Below are positions 49,108 through 59,911 of a DNA stretch of 64,000 bases, piece after piece. Origin of the DNA: Trueperaceae bacterium (GTDB taxonomy: Bacteria; Deinococcota; Deinococci; Deinococcales; Trueperaceae); assembly GCA_035703635.1 (NCBI GenBank), contig DASSXV010000010.1, positions 32,001 to 96,000 on the forward strand, in the 5' to 3' direction. A model generated the notes under the pieces. It did not search any database, was not told the DNA's origin, and worked only from the letters and a program-made list of their open reading frames with translations. The position numbers and the translations under genes were made by a program. Position 1 is the first letter of the stretch, and every line of letters begins with the position of its first letter.

Positions 49108-50032
49108 CCACTCTCACTCCGCGCCCGTTCGCCCACGCGCGGGCGCTCATCGCGCCCTTCGAGGCGGGCTTGACCGTGCTCAACTCCACTATGCCAGAGC
49201 CGGCGGCCACCTGAACGACGTCGCCAGTCAGCCGAACGACCTGCCCTGGTGCGGCAGCGCCCGTTTCCGCGTCAGGGAGGGCGGTCAACTCGAGCACCTT
49301 CACGCGGCTGCCCCCGAACTCGAACGAACTGCCTGGCCAACCAGCGACGCCGCGGTGGCGGTTGGCGATGTCAACGGCCGAAGCGTGCCAGCGCACATGC
49401 CCGTCAAGGGCGGTGAGGGGCGGCGCCACCGTGACCGCTCCCTCGTCTTGCGGAGTTACTGGCAAGGAGTCCGCCGCCAACAGGGTAAGCGCCTCCGTGA
49501 GCACCTCAGCGCCTAACTGCGCGAGCGAGGCCGCCAGCGTGATGGCGTCGTCACTCGCTGCGACGGTTACGCGCCGTTGCAGGCGGATGGGGCCGGTGTC
49601 GAGGCCCTCTTCGGTCTGCATGATGGTTATGCCCGTTTCGGCGTCACCGGCGATGAGCGCGTGTTGGATGGGGGCTGCCCCGCGCCAGCGTGGTAGCAAG
49701 CTAGCGTGAACGTTCAGGACCCCGAAGCGCGGCAGCTCGAGCAGTGCGGGCGGGAGGATGCGGCCGTATGCCGCCGTGACGCCAACGTCTAGATCGAGTG
49801 CCCGCAGTCGAGCCAGGAACTCCGGGTCGCGCAGGCGCCGCGGTTGCGCCACTTCGATGTCCCTAGCCTCCGCCAGCCGCGCAGCTGCCGGTTGGCGCAC
49901 TGTCAACCCACGACCGGCTGGTTTAGGCGGCTGGGTGACGGCGAGCAGGACATGGTGTTGCCTGGCGAGCGCCTCCAGCGTCGGCACGGCGAAATCTGGA
50001 GTGCCGAAGAAGGCGACCCGTAACGGCTTCAC
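49091..50032 (-). CDS. fmt: Methionyl-tRNA formyltransferase
   Basis: FFGTPDFAV, TQP.KP.GRG, AYG.ILP, NVHASLLPRWRGAAPI, GLDTG. Confidence 0.96.
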   Translation of the reverse strand: MKPLRVAFFGTPDFAVPTLEALARQHHVLLAVTQPPKPAGRGLTVRQPAAARLAEARDIEVAQPRRLRDPEFLARLRALDLDVGVTAAYGRILPPALLELPRFGVLNVHASLLPRWRGAAPIQHALIAGDAETGITIMQTEEGLDTGPIRLQRRVTVAASDDAITLAASLAQLGAEVLTEALTLLAADSLPVTPQDEGAVTVAPPLTALDGHVRWHASAVDIANRHRGVAGWPGSSFEFGGSRVKVLELTALPDAETGAAAPGQVVRLTGDVVQVAAGSGIVELSTVKPASKGAMSARAWANGRGVRVGAVLV

Positions 50033-50637
50033 CGCTTGACTGCCGCCCTGTCCTCACGCAGCGCGGCCTTGGCGCGGCGTTGCATGTCGACGAGCTCCCT
50101 GCGGTGTTCTTCTAGGAACGCCTGCCTGCGCGGTTCGGGGAGGTGGTCGTAGTAGAGGACGCCCTCCAAGTGATCGAACTCGTGCTGGAGGACGTGTGCG
50201 AAGTAGCCGTCCGCGCTGATGGTGTGAGTGGCTCCGGCGAGGTCCTGGTAGGTGACGTCGACCGCCAGGTCGCGCGGCACGTCGAGCGCCGTGAGGCCAG
50301 GGAGGCTGAGGCAGCCGTCGCGGGCGAGTTGCACGCCGGCGCGGCGCGTGATGAGCGGGTTGATGATCACGTGCTCGACGCGCTGATCCCAGCGCGAGTC
50401 GTCTTCATCGTCATCGTCTGCTGGCGTTGGCAACTCGAGCGCCACGAACATGCGCCGCGATACGCCGATTTGCGGGGCGGCGAGGCCAACGCCTTCGGCC
50501 GCGTACATGGTCTCGAACATGTCGGCAGCGAGGGTCTTGAGGCGCTCGTCGAAGTTTGTGACTGGCAGTGCGCGGCGCCGCAGAACGGGGTCGCCGAACA
50601 GCCGAATGGGGTGGATCAAGGTTCCTCCTGCTGTCAC
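50029..50637 (-). CDS. def: Peptide deformylase
   Basis: GDPVLR, GVGLAAPQIG, (D)GCLSLP, QHEFDHLEG. Confidence 0.93.
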   Translation of the reverse strand: MTAGGTLIHPIRLFGDPVLRRRALPVTNFDERLKTLAADMFETMYAAEGVGLAAPQIGVSRRMFVALELPTPADDDDEDDSRWDQRVEHVIINPLITRRAGVQLARDGCLSLPGLTALDVPRDLAVDVTYQDLAGATHTISADGYFAHVLQHEFDHLEGVLYYDHLPEPRRQAFLEEHRRELVDMQRRAKAALREDRAAVKR

Positions 50638-50653
50638 CGTGGTGCAGGGGCTG

Positions 50654-51580
50654 TCAGCGTGGTACGGCCTCGGCGGCGTACTGCAGGGTCACGGTTGGAG
50701 CGCTAAGCGCCACCACCCCGGCAGGCAGGGCGAGGCGAACAGGCAGAGTATACCGGCCAGAAGCCGTTCCGCTGGTAGGCGGCTCTACCGTGCCCGTCAC
50801 TTGCGTGACGGCTGCGAGGGCGTCCGGCTTGCCTGCCACGGTGACCGTCGTTGCGCTGAGGGTGGCGCTCAGCAACGACGAGCCGCTCGGGGGCGTGAAG
50901 GCGAGCGCCACTTCCTTGGTGCGCAGCACGGTGCTTGCCGTGAAGGTGACCGTCACTTTGGTGGGGGCGAACGTTACCCCTTGCACGGGCAGCCCGTTGG
51001 CGTCGAGTGCGAGCAACTCAACGTCTCCACCCTTGGCGGGAGCGAGGGCGACCGTGCGTGTGACCTGGTCGAGCACCTGCCGCCGCCCAGTCAACGTCAC
51101 CCGCGCCGGTTGGGCGCTGGCGCTTAGCTCCTCGCCCTCGGGTGCGGCGCCGAGCAATCCGACCTCGACGGGCAGGTCGCGGCTGACTACTTGCTCGAGG
51201 AAACCGATGACGACCTCTGGGTCCACGTGGAGGAGGCGCACGTCCGGCGGGGTCTGGACTTGGATCTGGCGCTCGAAGTCGCCCGCCACGTCCGCCAGAT
51301 CGAGGGTGGCGCGGAGCTGATCTGCACGCAGGCGGTCGACGCGCGCGCTCGGGCCAGCGACGCTCACTTCGACCACGTCAGGCACACCGACGGCGATGGC
51401 GCTGGCTTCTACGCCGTCGACATCGAGGGGCAGCAGGAACGAGCGTTGCGTGGTGCTCGTGCTGGTGCTCGTCACGAGGAACCAGAAGACGAACGCTGCC
51501 ATGGCGGCCACTAGCTTGCTCGGCCAGTTGCGCAGCAGGCGCCTAAGTAGCGCGACGAGCACCGACCACGCGCCCGTCAT
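50654..51580 (-). CDS. cdaR: CdaR/YbbR-like regulator of diadenylate cyclase
   Basis: N-terminal TM (NW..KL.A..AA..FW) followed by repeated YbbR-like V.V.G modules; coupled to cdaA. Confidence 0.8.
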   Translation of the reverse strand: MTGAWSVLVALLRRLLRNWPSKLVAAMAAFVFWFLVTSTSTSTTQRSFLLPLDVDGVEASAIAVGVPDVVEVSVAGPSARVDRLRADQLRATLDLADVAGDFERQIQVQTPPDVRLLHVDPEVVIGFLEQVVSRDLPVEVGLLGAAPEGEELSASAQPARVTLTGRRQVLDQVTRTVALAPAKGGDVELLALDANGLPVQGVTFAPTKVTVTFTASTVLRTKEVALAFTPPSGSSLLSATLSATTVTVAGKPDALAAVTQVTGTVEPPTSGTASGRYTLPVRLALPAGVVALSAPTVTLQYAAEAVPR

Positions 51581-52317
51581 TGCGCGTACGCCTCGCGCAG
51601 TGCCTTCAGGACGTCGGCCGGCGCGATGTCGGTCGTTAGGACGCCAGCTTCGGCGATGCTCACGGTGCCGCGCTCCTCGCTCACTACGACTACGAGCGCG
51701 TCCGTCACCTCGGAGAGGCCGAGCGCGGCGCGGTGGCGGGTGCCGTGCTTGACGGACCAGCCCTCGTGCTTGTCGGAGAGCGGGAAGATGACGCCAGCGT
51801 GGGTGACGAGGTCCTCTTTGATGATGACCGCACCGTCGTGCAGCGGGCCGGTTGACGCGAAGATCGTTTGGAGCAGCGCGGCACTCACGGGGGCGCCGAT
51901 GGACGTGCCGCGGTCCGCGTACTCCTTGAGGGGAGTGCGGCGCTCGACGGCAACCAGCAGCCCTTTACGTTGACTGGCGAGTTCGCGGACGGCCGTCATG
52001 ATCTCGCTTACCGGGTCGGCGCTGACGCTGCGCTGCATGCGGCCCCTGCCTACCCGCTCGAGCACCGCGCGCAACTCGGGTTGGAACACTACGACTACGG
52101 CGAAGAAACCGACAGGCGCGATGGCGTCGAACAACCACTTCGTTGCCTGCAGTCCGGCCTGTCCGGCGAGGAACCAGAGCCCGGCGACGGCGAGGAGTCC
52201 GCGCAAGACGTTCCAGGCGCGGGTTCCACGCAGCAGTGCGTAGGATTGGTACAGCAGGACGGCGATTATCAGGATGTCGATGACGTCCTGGATGCCGAAG
52301 CCTTCGAAGATTGCCAA
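51577..52317 (-). CDS. cdaA: Diadenylate cyclase CdaA
   Basis: Three TMs, VVFQPELR..LE, PLHDGA, GTRHRAALG.SE, VSEE.G. Confidence 0.93.
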   Translation of the reverse strand: MAIFEGFGIQDVIDILIIAVLLYQSYALLRGTRAWNVLRGLLAVAGLWFLAGQAGLQATKWLFDAIAPVGFFAVVVVFQPELRAVLERVGRGRMQRSVSADPVSEIMTAVRELASQRKGLLVAVERRTPLKEYADRGTSIGAPVSAALLQTIFASTGPLHDGAVIIKEDLVTHAGVIFPLSDKHEGWSVKHGTRHRAALGLSEVTDALVVVVSEERGTVSIAEAGVLTTDIAPADVLKALREAYAQ

Positions 52318-52424
52318 GCGCGCGCCTCCGGTGCGAGGTCAGGGGAGGATATCACGACCAGGTGCGGTCTTCGGCGCTCTCAGTGCCGCCCCTGGCGCCT
52401 GCTAGAGTGTCTGTGGAGGGCTGT

Positions 52425-53529
52425 ATGCCAAACGCAAGCTTGATCGAACTGCAAGATAGAGTCCAAGACCTCCGGGGGTATCTTTGACTTGGCTTCCAAG
52501 AAGGCCAAGCTGGAACTCCTAGAACCGCAACTGAACGACCCCAACCTGTGGAACGACCCTGAGAACGCCAGGCGCATCAACCAAGAAGCCACGCAGCTTC
52601 GGCGCGTGGTGGAAGAGTTCGGCGCCATCGCTGGCGACGTGGAGGGTCTCACCGAGCTCTACGAGTTGGCCACCCCTGACGAGGAAGACGAGCTAGGCAG
52701 CGAACTGACTAGCGTGGAGGCTCGCCTCGACAAGCTCTACCGCGAAACGCTGTTCAATGGCGACCATGACGCCAGGGCAGCGATCGTCACCATCAAACCT
52801 GGCGCAGGCGGAACGGAATCCTCGGACTGGGCCGGGATGCTGCTGCGCATGTACAGACGCTTCGCGGAACGGCACGGCATGCAGGTCGAACTCCTCGACC
52901 TGGTACCTAACCACGACGCACCGAACGGCATCGAGTACGCCCAGATGATCGTGAGGGGCGAGCGCGCTTTCGGCATGCTGCGCGTCGAGGGCGGCGTGCA
53001 CCGCCTCGTGCGCGTCAGCCCGTTCGACTCGCAGGGGCGGCGGCACACGTCGTTCGCGTCTGTCGAGGTCATGCCGGAGATCGACGACAGCTTCGACTTG
53101 AACATCGACCAGAAGGACCTGCGTGTCGACGTCTACCGCTCGAGCGGGCCTGGCGGCCAGTCGGTCAACACGACCGACTCTGCCGTGCGCGTCGTCTACA
53201 AGTCGGGCACTCCGGACGAGATCATCGTGACCATTCAAGACGGCAAGTCGCAGATCAAGAACCGCGAGAAGGCCATGACGGTGCTGCGGTCGCGGCTGTA
53301 CGAGCGCGAGGAGCAGCGCCGCCTAGCGGAGCAGTTGAAGGCCAGAGGAGAGCAGAAGGCCATCGAGTGGGGCTCGCAGATCCGCTCGTACGTGCTCGAC
53401 AAGCAGTACGTGAAGGACCACCGCACGGCCGCCATGCGCCACGACCCAGACAACGTGCTGGACGGCGACATCGAGGACCTGATCTGGGAAGGCCTCGAGT
53501 GGTCGGCTAAGAACGAAATGGTCGCCTAG
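52425..53529 (+). CDS. prfB: Peptide chain release factor 2 (+1 programmed frameshift at CTT TGA 52482-52487)
   Basis: 20-codon ORF from ATG 52425 ending GGG TAT CTT TGA C; the +1 frame continues with SPF and GGQ motifs. Confidence 0.96.
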
Positions 53530-53535
53530 GCTTAA

Positions 53536-54165
53536 GTGCCGCGCATCCTGGCCATCGCCGACGTCGTCTCGCCAGTCGTCTACTCGAGCAACTTCCCCGG
53601 CAACCTCGCCCCGTTCGACCTCGTGTTGAGCGCGGGCGACATGCCTGGGGAGGTCCTCGAGTTCGTGGCCACCAAGACGCGCGTCACGCCCCTGTACGTG
53701 TTCGGCAATCACGCCTCGGGCTACGTGCGTGACCCACAGTCGGACGAGCCGCGCCAGCCGGGCGGCTGCATGAACGTCCACATGCGGGTAGTCAACGCGG
53801 CTGGACTGCTGGTAGTTGGCATCGAGGGCAGCTTGCGGTACCGCGACGGCCCCCATCAGTACACGCAGGCTGACTACCGCAACATGGTCATGCGCCTGGC
53901 GCCGCGCTTGCTTTGGAACCGCCGCAGGCACGGCCGCGCCATCGACGTGCTCCTTACGCACGCCGCGCCGCAGGGCCAGCATGAGGGCGACGACCGCGTC
54001 CACCGGGGCGTGGCGGCTTTCAACATGTTCCACCGCCTCTTCAAACCGAAGCTGCACGTGCACGGCCACGTTCACCTCTCCGGTGCCAACGCCCCTAGGA
54101 GTTACATCACGGACGAAGGCGTGCGGGTAGTCAACGCCTACGAGTTCGCCCTGATGGACGTGTGA
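53536..54165 (+). CDS. Calcineurin-like metallophosphoesterase
   Basis: AIAD, AGD, GNH, LTHA.P, HGHVH. Confidence 0.87.
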   Translation: MPRILAIADVVSPVVYSSNFPGNLAPFDLVLSAGDMPGEVLEFVATKTRVTPLYVFGNHASGYVRDPQSDEPRQPGGCMNVHMRVVNAAGLLVVGIEGSLRYRDGPHQYTQADYRNMVMRLAPRLLWNRRRHGRAIDVLLTHAAPQGQHEGDDRVHRGVAAFNMFHRLFKPKLHVHGHVHLSGANAPRSYITDEGVRVVNAYEFALMDV

Positions 54166-54238
54166 GGAACGCGGCGGCCCACAGCGACTAGTGGCGGCGC
54201 GACATGCATGCTGCCTAGTCCGCGCCGATAATGCCCAC

Positions 54239-55198
54239 ATGGGAACCAAGAAACTAGCACTGGCAAGCGGCGCGCCTGTCGCTGGCGTCATTTCCGGCGT
54301 TAGCGTCACCGCCGTCAGCGGGGCTGACGCGCCCGCTTTCCTCCACGGTCAACTCGCCAACGACGTGACCGGCCTTGCGATCGGTGCCGCCGGGCGCTCG
54401 CTCTACTTGAACCACCGCGGGCACGCCGTGGCCGAAGTGATGGTGATACGGCGCGAGCGGCAGTCGTTCGAGCTGGTCGAGGATGGCGGCGCGGCTGCCT
54501 GGGTCAAGGCGGAGCTAGAGCGTCACATCGTCTTCGACGAGGTGACGCTGGCCGCGCCAGCGCCCGCCGTCCTCGTGACGCTGCAGGGTCCTGGCGCCGC
54601 GGACGTGCTTACCGCGTTGACGGTGAGGGCGCCGGCGCAAGGGGAGACGACCGTCGCAGACGTGGCGGGCGTCGGCAAGGTGACCGTGTGGCCACGGCAC
54701 CGCTCTGCCGTGGGAGGCTACGACCTGCTGCTGGCTGCGGGCTCGAGCGCAGAGCCCTTACTTGCCGACCTCGAGGGTGCTGGCGCCCAGCGCGTCGCGC
54801 CGGGCGAACTCGACCTGTTGCGCGTGCGAGCCCTAACTGCTGTGGCGCCACAAGACGCTGGCGAGGGCGTTCTGCCGCAGGAAGCTGGGCTCGAGTCTGC
54901 GCTCTCCTACCGCAAGGGCTGCTACCTCGGACAAGAGATCATGGCGCGCATCGAGGCGCGCGGCAACTTGCGGCGCGGCCTCCGACGCGTGCGCCTCACG
55001 CAAGACCCGCGAACGCTGACGCCGGACGGCAGCGACTGGCGCGAGCTTCGCTCCGGCGGCCGCGTGGTTGGGCGTCTGGGCACGGTGGCGCCCGACGGCA
55101 AGGAGTTCGAGGCGCTTGCCGTCGTGCGCCAAGACCTACCCGAAGACGCCGAGCTCGTGGCGGGCGGCGAGGTGACCGCCGCGCTGGTCGGAGCCTGA
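54239..55198 (+). CDS. ygfZ: Folate-binding protein YgfZ/GcvT family
   Basis: G.DA..FL.G...ND and the KGCYLGQE signature. Confidence 0.85.
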   Translation: MGTKKLALASGAPVAGVISGVSVTAVSGADAPAFLHGQLANDVTGLAIGAAGRSLYLNHRGHAVAEVMVIRRERQSFELVEDGGAAAWVKAELERHIVFDEVTLAAPAPAVLVTLQGPGAADVLTALTVRAPAQGETTVADVAGVGKVTVWPRHRSAVGGYDLLLAAGSSAEPLLADLEGAGAQRVAPGELDLLRVRALTAVAPQDAGEGVLPQEAGLESALSYRKGCYLGQEIMARIEARGNLRRGLRRVRLTQDPRTLTPDGSDWRELRSGGRVVGRLGTVAPDGKEFEALAVVRQDLPEDAELVAGGEVTAALVGA

Positions 55199-55302
55199 AG
55201 GGTGGTTAGCCCGAGTAGCCAAGCGGCCACGATGAGGCTGGGCGCGCGGCGTACAACCGTGGCGGCCACGCCGTCGGCCCCGTCGGCGCCTATAATGACG
55301 CC

Positions 55303-56949
<1,647 letters not shown>

Positions 56950-56975
56950 CGACCGCTGGTGCTGGAGGAGACTGA

Positions 56976-57392
56976 ATGGACAGGCCAATACGCGTCCTGA
57001 TCGCCAAACCAGGCCTTGACGGCCACGACCGCGGCGCCAAGGTCATCGCACGCGCCCTGCGCGACGCGGGCATGGAGGTCATCTACACCGGCCTGAGGCA
57101 GACCTCTGCCATGATCGTCAACGCCGCCATCCAGGAAGACGTCGACGCCGTCGGCCTCTCCGTCCTTTCTGGCGCTCACATGCACTACTTCCGCGAGATC
57201 GCAGCGGCCCTAGCCGAGAGGGACGCAACGGACGTCCTCCTGTTCGGGGGCGGCATCGTGCCTGACCAGGACCTACCTGCCCTAGCCGAACTCGGCGTAG
57301 GTGAGATCTTCACGCCCGGAGCCAACACCAATGACGTGGTCGCTTACGTACGAGCCGAAGTAGCCCGTCGACGCGCATCGATATCTCTCTGA
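56976..57392 (+). CDS. Cobalamin-binding small subunit of acyl-CoA mutase
   Basis: [10 protein letters not shown] (DxHxxG), S.LSGAH, GGI.P. Confidence 0.93.
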   Translation: MDRPIRVLIAKPGLDGHDRGAKVIARALRDAGMEVIYTGLRQTSAMIVNAAIQEDVDAVGLSVLSGAHMHYFREIAAALAERDATDVLLFGGGIVPDQDLPALAELGVGEIFTPGANTNDVVAYVRAEVARRRASISL

Positions 57393-57459
57393 CTCATGAC
57401 TTTCTCAAGATTGAATTGGTACGGTAGCAACGTACCTTCCTCCGAGGGAGATTAGAGAG

Positions 57460-58458
57460 TTGCGAAAAACCAGAGTCGCCGCCTGCTTGACGTTGGTGGC
57501 CTTCACCCTCCCGAGCCTCGCACTCGCCGATGCTTACGCCCTCAAGACGGTCCGCCCCGGCGATTCGGTCAGTCTCATCGCGGAGCGGTACGGCGTATCG
57601 GTAGACGCGCTCCTAGGGGCGAACGACCTAACCAGCACCGTCATCAGGCCAGGCGACGTCCTGCGCGTGCCGTACGTCGCCGCAGTCGGTGGTCCAGCCA
57701 GCGACAACCTCCTCACGCCGCCAGGATTCACGTGGTACTCCCTCTCCATGGGCGAGACCCTCAGCTCCGTCGCCTCGCGCTTCGGGTTGCCACTCAAAGC
57801 CATCGTTGGCGCCAATCCAGACATCTCATCGCTCGACCGACTCCCGAGCGGGTTCGAGCTTCTCATCCCGCCTAGCCCAGGCCTCGTCGTGCGCCTTGGC
57901 GAAGGCGAGAACGTCCTCGACCTAGTAGCCCAGTACGACCTCGATCCAGCCGCGTTCTCCCGAGCGAACGGGCTGCGCTCGCCGTTCGACGTGACGCCAG
58001 GCATGCTCGTGTTCCTGCCTGGTGTAGAGCCGACGGAAGCGCTTGCCAGGCTTCAGAAAGTCAGGGAGGCCGAGAACCGCTACGTCTGGCCGCTCCACGG
58101 GCGCCTCACCTCGTACTTCGGTCCGCGCAACCTCGGCATGGGAACCTCGAGCTTCCACCGCGGCGTCGACATCGCAGCGCCGTCAGGCACGCCAGTGGGC
58201 GCGGCCCGTGCCGGCACCGTCACGTACGCTGGTTGGTCGAGCCAAGGCTACGGCAACCTCGTGCGCATCCGCCACGCGGACGGCTCTGAGGCCTGGTACG
58301 GTCACTTCAGCTCCATCTCCGTCGGCGTCGGCCAGTACGTCAACCAGTCGCAGACCATCGGCCGCGTAGGCTCGACGGGCCTGTCCACTGGCCCGCACTT
58401 GCACTTCGAGTTGCACATCGGCTCGGTAGCCAAGGACCCGCTCGGCCTCCTGCCCTGA
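57460..58458 (+). CDS. LysM-repeat M23 peptidoglycan endopeptidase
   Basis: Signal peptide, three LysM-like repeats, HRGVD, YGH, GPHLHFE. Confidence 0.92.
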   Translation: MRKTRVAACLTLVAFTLPSLALADAYALKTVRPGDSVSLIAERYGVSVDALLGANDLTSTVIRPGDVLRVPYVAAVGGPASDNLLTPPGFTWYSLSMGETLSSVASRFGLPLKAIVGANPDISSLDRLPSGFELLIPPSPGLVVRLGEGENVLDLVAQYDLDPAAFSRANGLRSPFDVTPGMLVFLPGVEPTEALARLQKVREAENRYVWPLHGRLTSYFGPRNLGMGTSSFHRGVDIAAPSGTPVGAARAGTVTYAGWSSQGYGNLVRIRHADGSEAWYGHFSSISVGVGQYVNQSQTIGRVGSTGLSTGPHLHFELHIGSVAKDPLGLLP

Positions 58459-58473
58459 TTGGAACGACAGACC

Positions 58474-58515
58474 AACGGTCGAGGCCCGCGCTTGGTGGCG
58501 CGGGCCTCGACCGTT
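58474..58515. terminator. Hairpin between convergent genes (bidirectional terminator candidate)
   Basis: AACGGTCGAGGCCCGCGC ... GCGCGGGCCTCGACCGTT, 18-bp perfect inverted repeat. Confidence 0.75.
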
Positions 58516-58534
58516 CGCGTTCAGGTAGTCAGTG

Positions 58535-59236
58535 CTATTTATCCGGGTAGTAGAGGATGCGCCCGCAGCTAGGGCAGCGCGTCACGCCGTCACCTTTGCG
58601 CGCTTTCTGCACGACGTGGATCGGCAAGCGCATGTTGCAGCCGCTGCACGTGCTGTTGTCTATCACTTCGGCTAACCCAGTCCCGCGCCGCGCCTTGCGC
58701 ACTTGCTCGTACTGCTGCAGCAGCGGAGCGGTGATGGCGCTCGCGAGCGCGTTGCGCTCCGCGGCGATAGCAGCGCTCTGGGAGTCGACGGCCGCAACGC
58801 GGTCAGCTTCGGCCTGCCTAAGCTGCTCGAGCACGGGCACCAAGTCGGCTAGTTCCGCGTTCAATGCTGACAGCTCCTGGTCGAGGCCCTCCTGGCTCTC
58901 GAGCAGCGGGAGGGTGTCCTCCTCCAACTCGGAGATGCGCGTCGCGAACTGCAACTCCTGATTCTGATACTGCGAGGCTTCCTTCGGAGTAGCTGCACGC
59001 ACCGAGGAGTCGGCCGCAGCGCGGCGCCGCTCCTGCAGCACCTTGAGTTCTAGCTCGTTCGTGTTGACGCGTGTGCGCAGCGCATCGCGTTCGCGCTCCT
59101 TGAGCTCCCTGAGGTCCTCCAAGGACCGTTGCTTCACTTCAGTTGCCACCAACTCGGTGGGGACTTGGCCGCGCTCCTCGCGTAAGCCGTCCAGTCTCAG
59201 GTCGAACGCCTGCACTTCGGCCAGTCGGTTCAGCAT
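58535..59236 (-). CDS. Coiled-coil protein with C4 zinc ribbon (DUF164/CT398-like)
   Basis: Long heptad-rich region, then CSGC...CPSCGRIL; GGAGG SD before ATG 59236. Confidence 0.88.
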   Translation of the reverse strand: MLNRLAEVQAFDLRLDGLREERGQVPTELVATEVKQRSLEDLRELKERERDALRTRVNTNELELKVLQERRRAAADSSVRAATPKEASQYQNQELQFATRISELEEDTLPLLESQEGLDQELSALNAELADLVPVLEQLRQAEADRVAAVDSQSAAIAAERNALASAITAPLLQQYEQVRKARRGTGLAEVIDNSTCSGCNMRLPIHVVQKARKGDGVTRCPSCGRILYYPDK

Positions 59237-59364
59237 CTTGCCTCCACTAACGAAGAACCCCCGCCCGGTAGCAAGTGGGCGAGGGTCCGCAAAACAGCTA
59301 TGCTGCAAGTTCGAATCACGGAGCCGAGTTTAGCACGCCCCTTCGCAAGGTAGACTCACCTGGC

Positions 59365-59847
59365 ATGTTCGAGGACTCTCCCGAGGCGTTCATCTCCCGT
59401 TGGCAGCGCTACGCTGCCGATGCAGAGCTCTTTCCCCACCGGGAGGGCAGCCCCCTCATCGAGTGCAGAGCCGGCGGCGCCATCCTGCAACTCTTCGAGC
59501 GCACCGGGCCGTACCTTTCGCGCCCAGGACAGCAGCGCACGATCATTCACCCCGTCACCAGCGCGCTGATCAAGCTCGAACCCGGCGGCGCGACCGTCCA
59601 CCTAGCGGCCACGGGCATCAGCCGCCTAGAAGCCGTCGGCACGGTGTTGGCGACGGAAGACCGCATCGTCGTCGTTGACGCAGGGGCGCCGCTCGTGGTC
59701 GGAGTGCTCGAGCCCCAGACTCTCGACCTGCAGGCCGGTGACCTTGTGAGTTTCGAGAGCGCAGCGCCAGTGCACGGTTTCGTGGTCGTAGCGCCGTCGC
59801 CGTTCCTAGGCCACCCGCGGCGCGACCGGCACGACGACCACATCTGA
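59365..59847 (+). CDS. Hypothetical protein, possibly OB/TOBE-like
   Basis: TAGACT-N8-ATG; beta-rich C-terminal half (G.V.......VVDAG...L..GD.V.F). Confidence 0.7.
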   Translation: MFEDSPEAFISRWQRYAADAELFPHREGSPLIECRAGGAILQLFERTGPYLSRPGQQRTIIHPVTSALIKLEPGGATVHLAATGISRLEAVGTVLATEDRIVVVDAGAPLVVGVLEPQTLDLQAGDLVSFESAAPVHGFVVVAPSPFLGHPRRDRHDDHI

Positions 59848-59911
59848 AGGCCGTTCACCACCGTCAAGCGAATACTTGGTAGCGCCTGTGCGTCTGCTAC
59901 AGTGGCCCGTC

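Noticed and set aside
53323-54309. 328-aa minus-strand ORF and similar long antisense ORFs (e.g. 45561..46388, 48064..48852)
   Set aside because: Antisense shadows of high-GC3 genes with no recognisable motifs
55199-55302. Cobalamin riboswitch upstream of the B12 mutase
   Set aside because: TATAAT sits 6 nt before the ATG (leaderless) and no B12-box sequence is present
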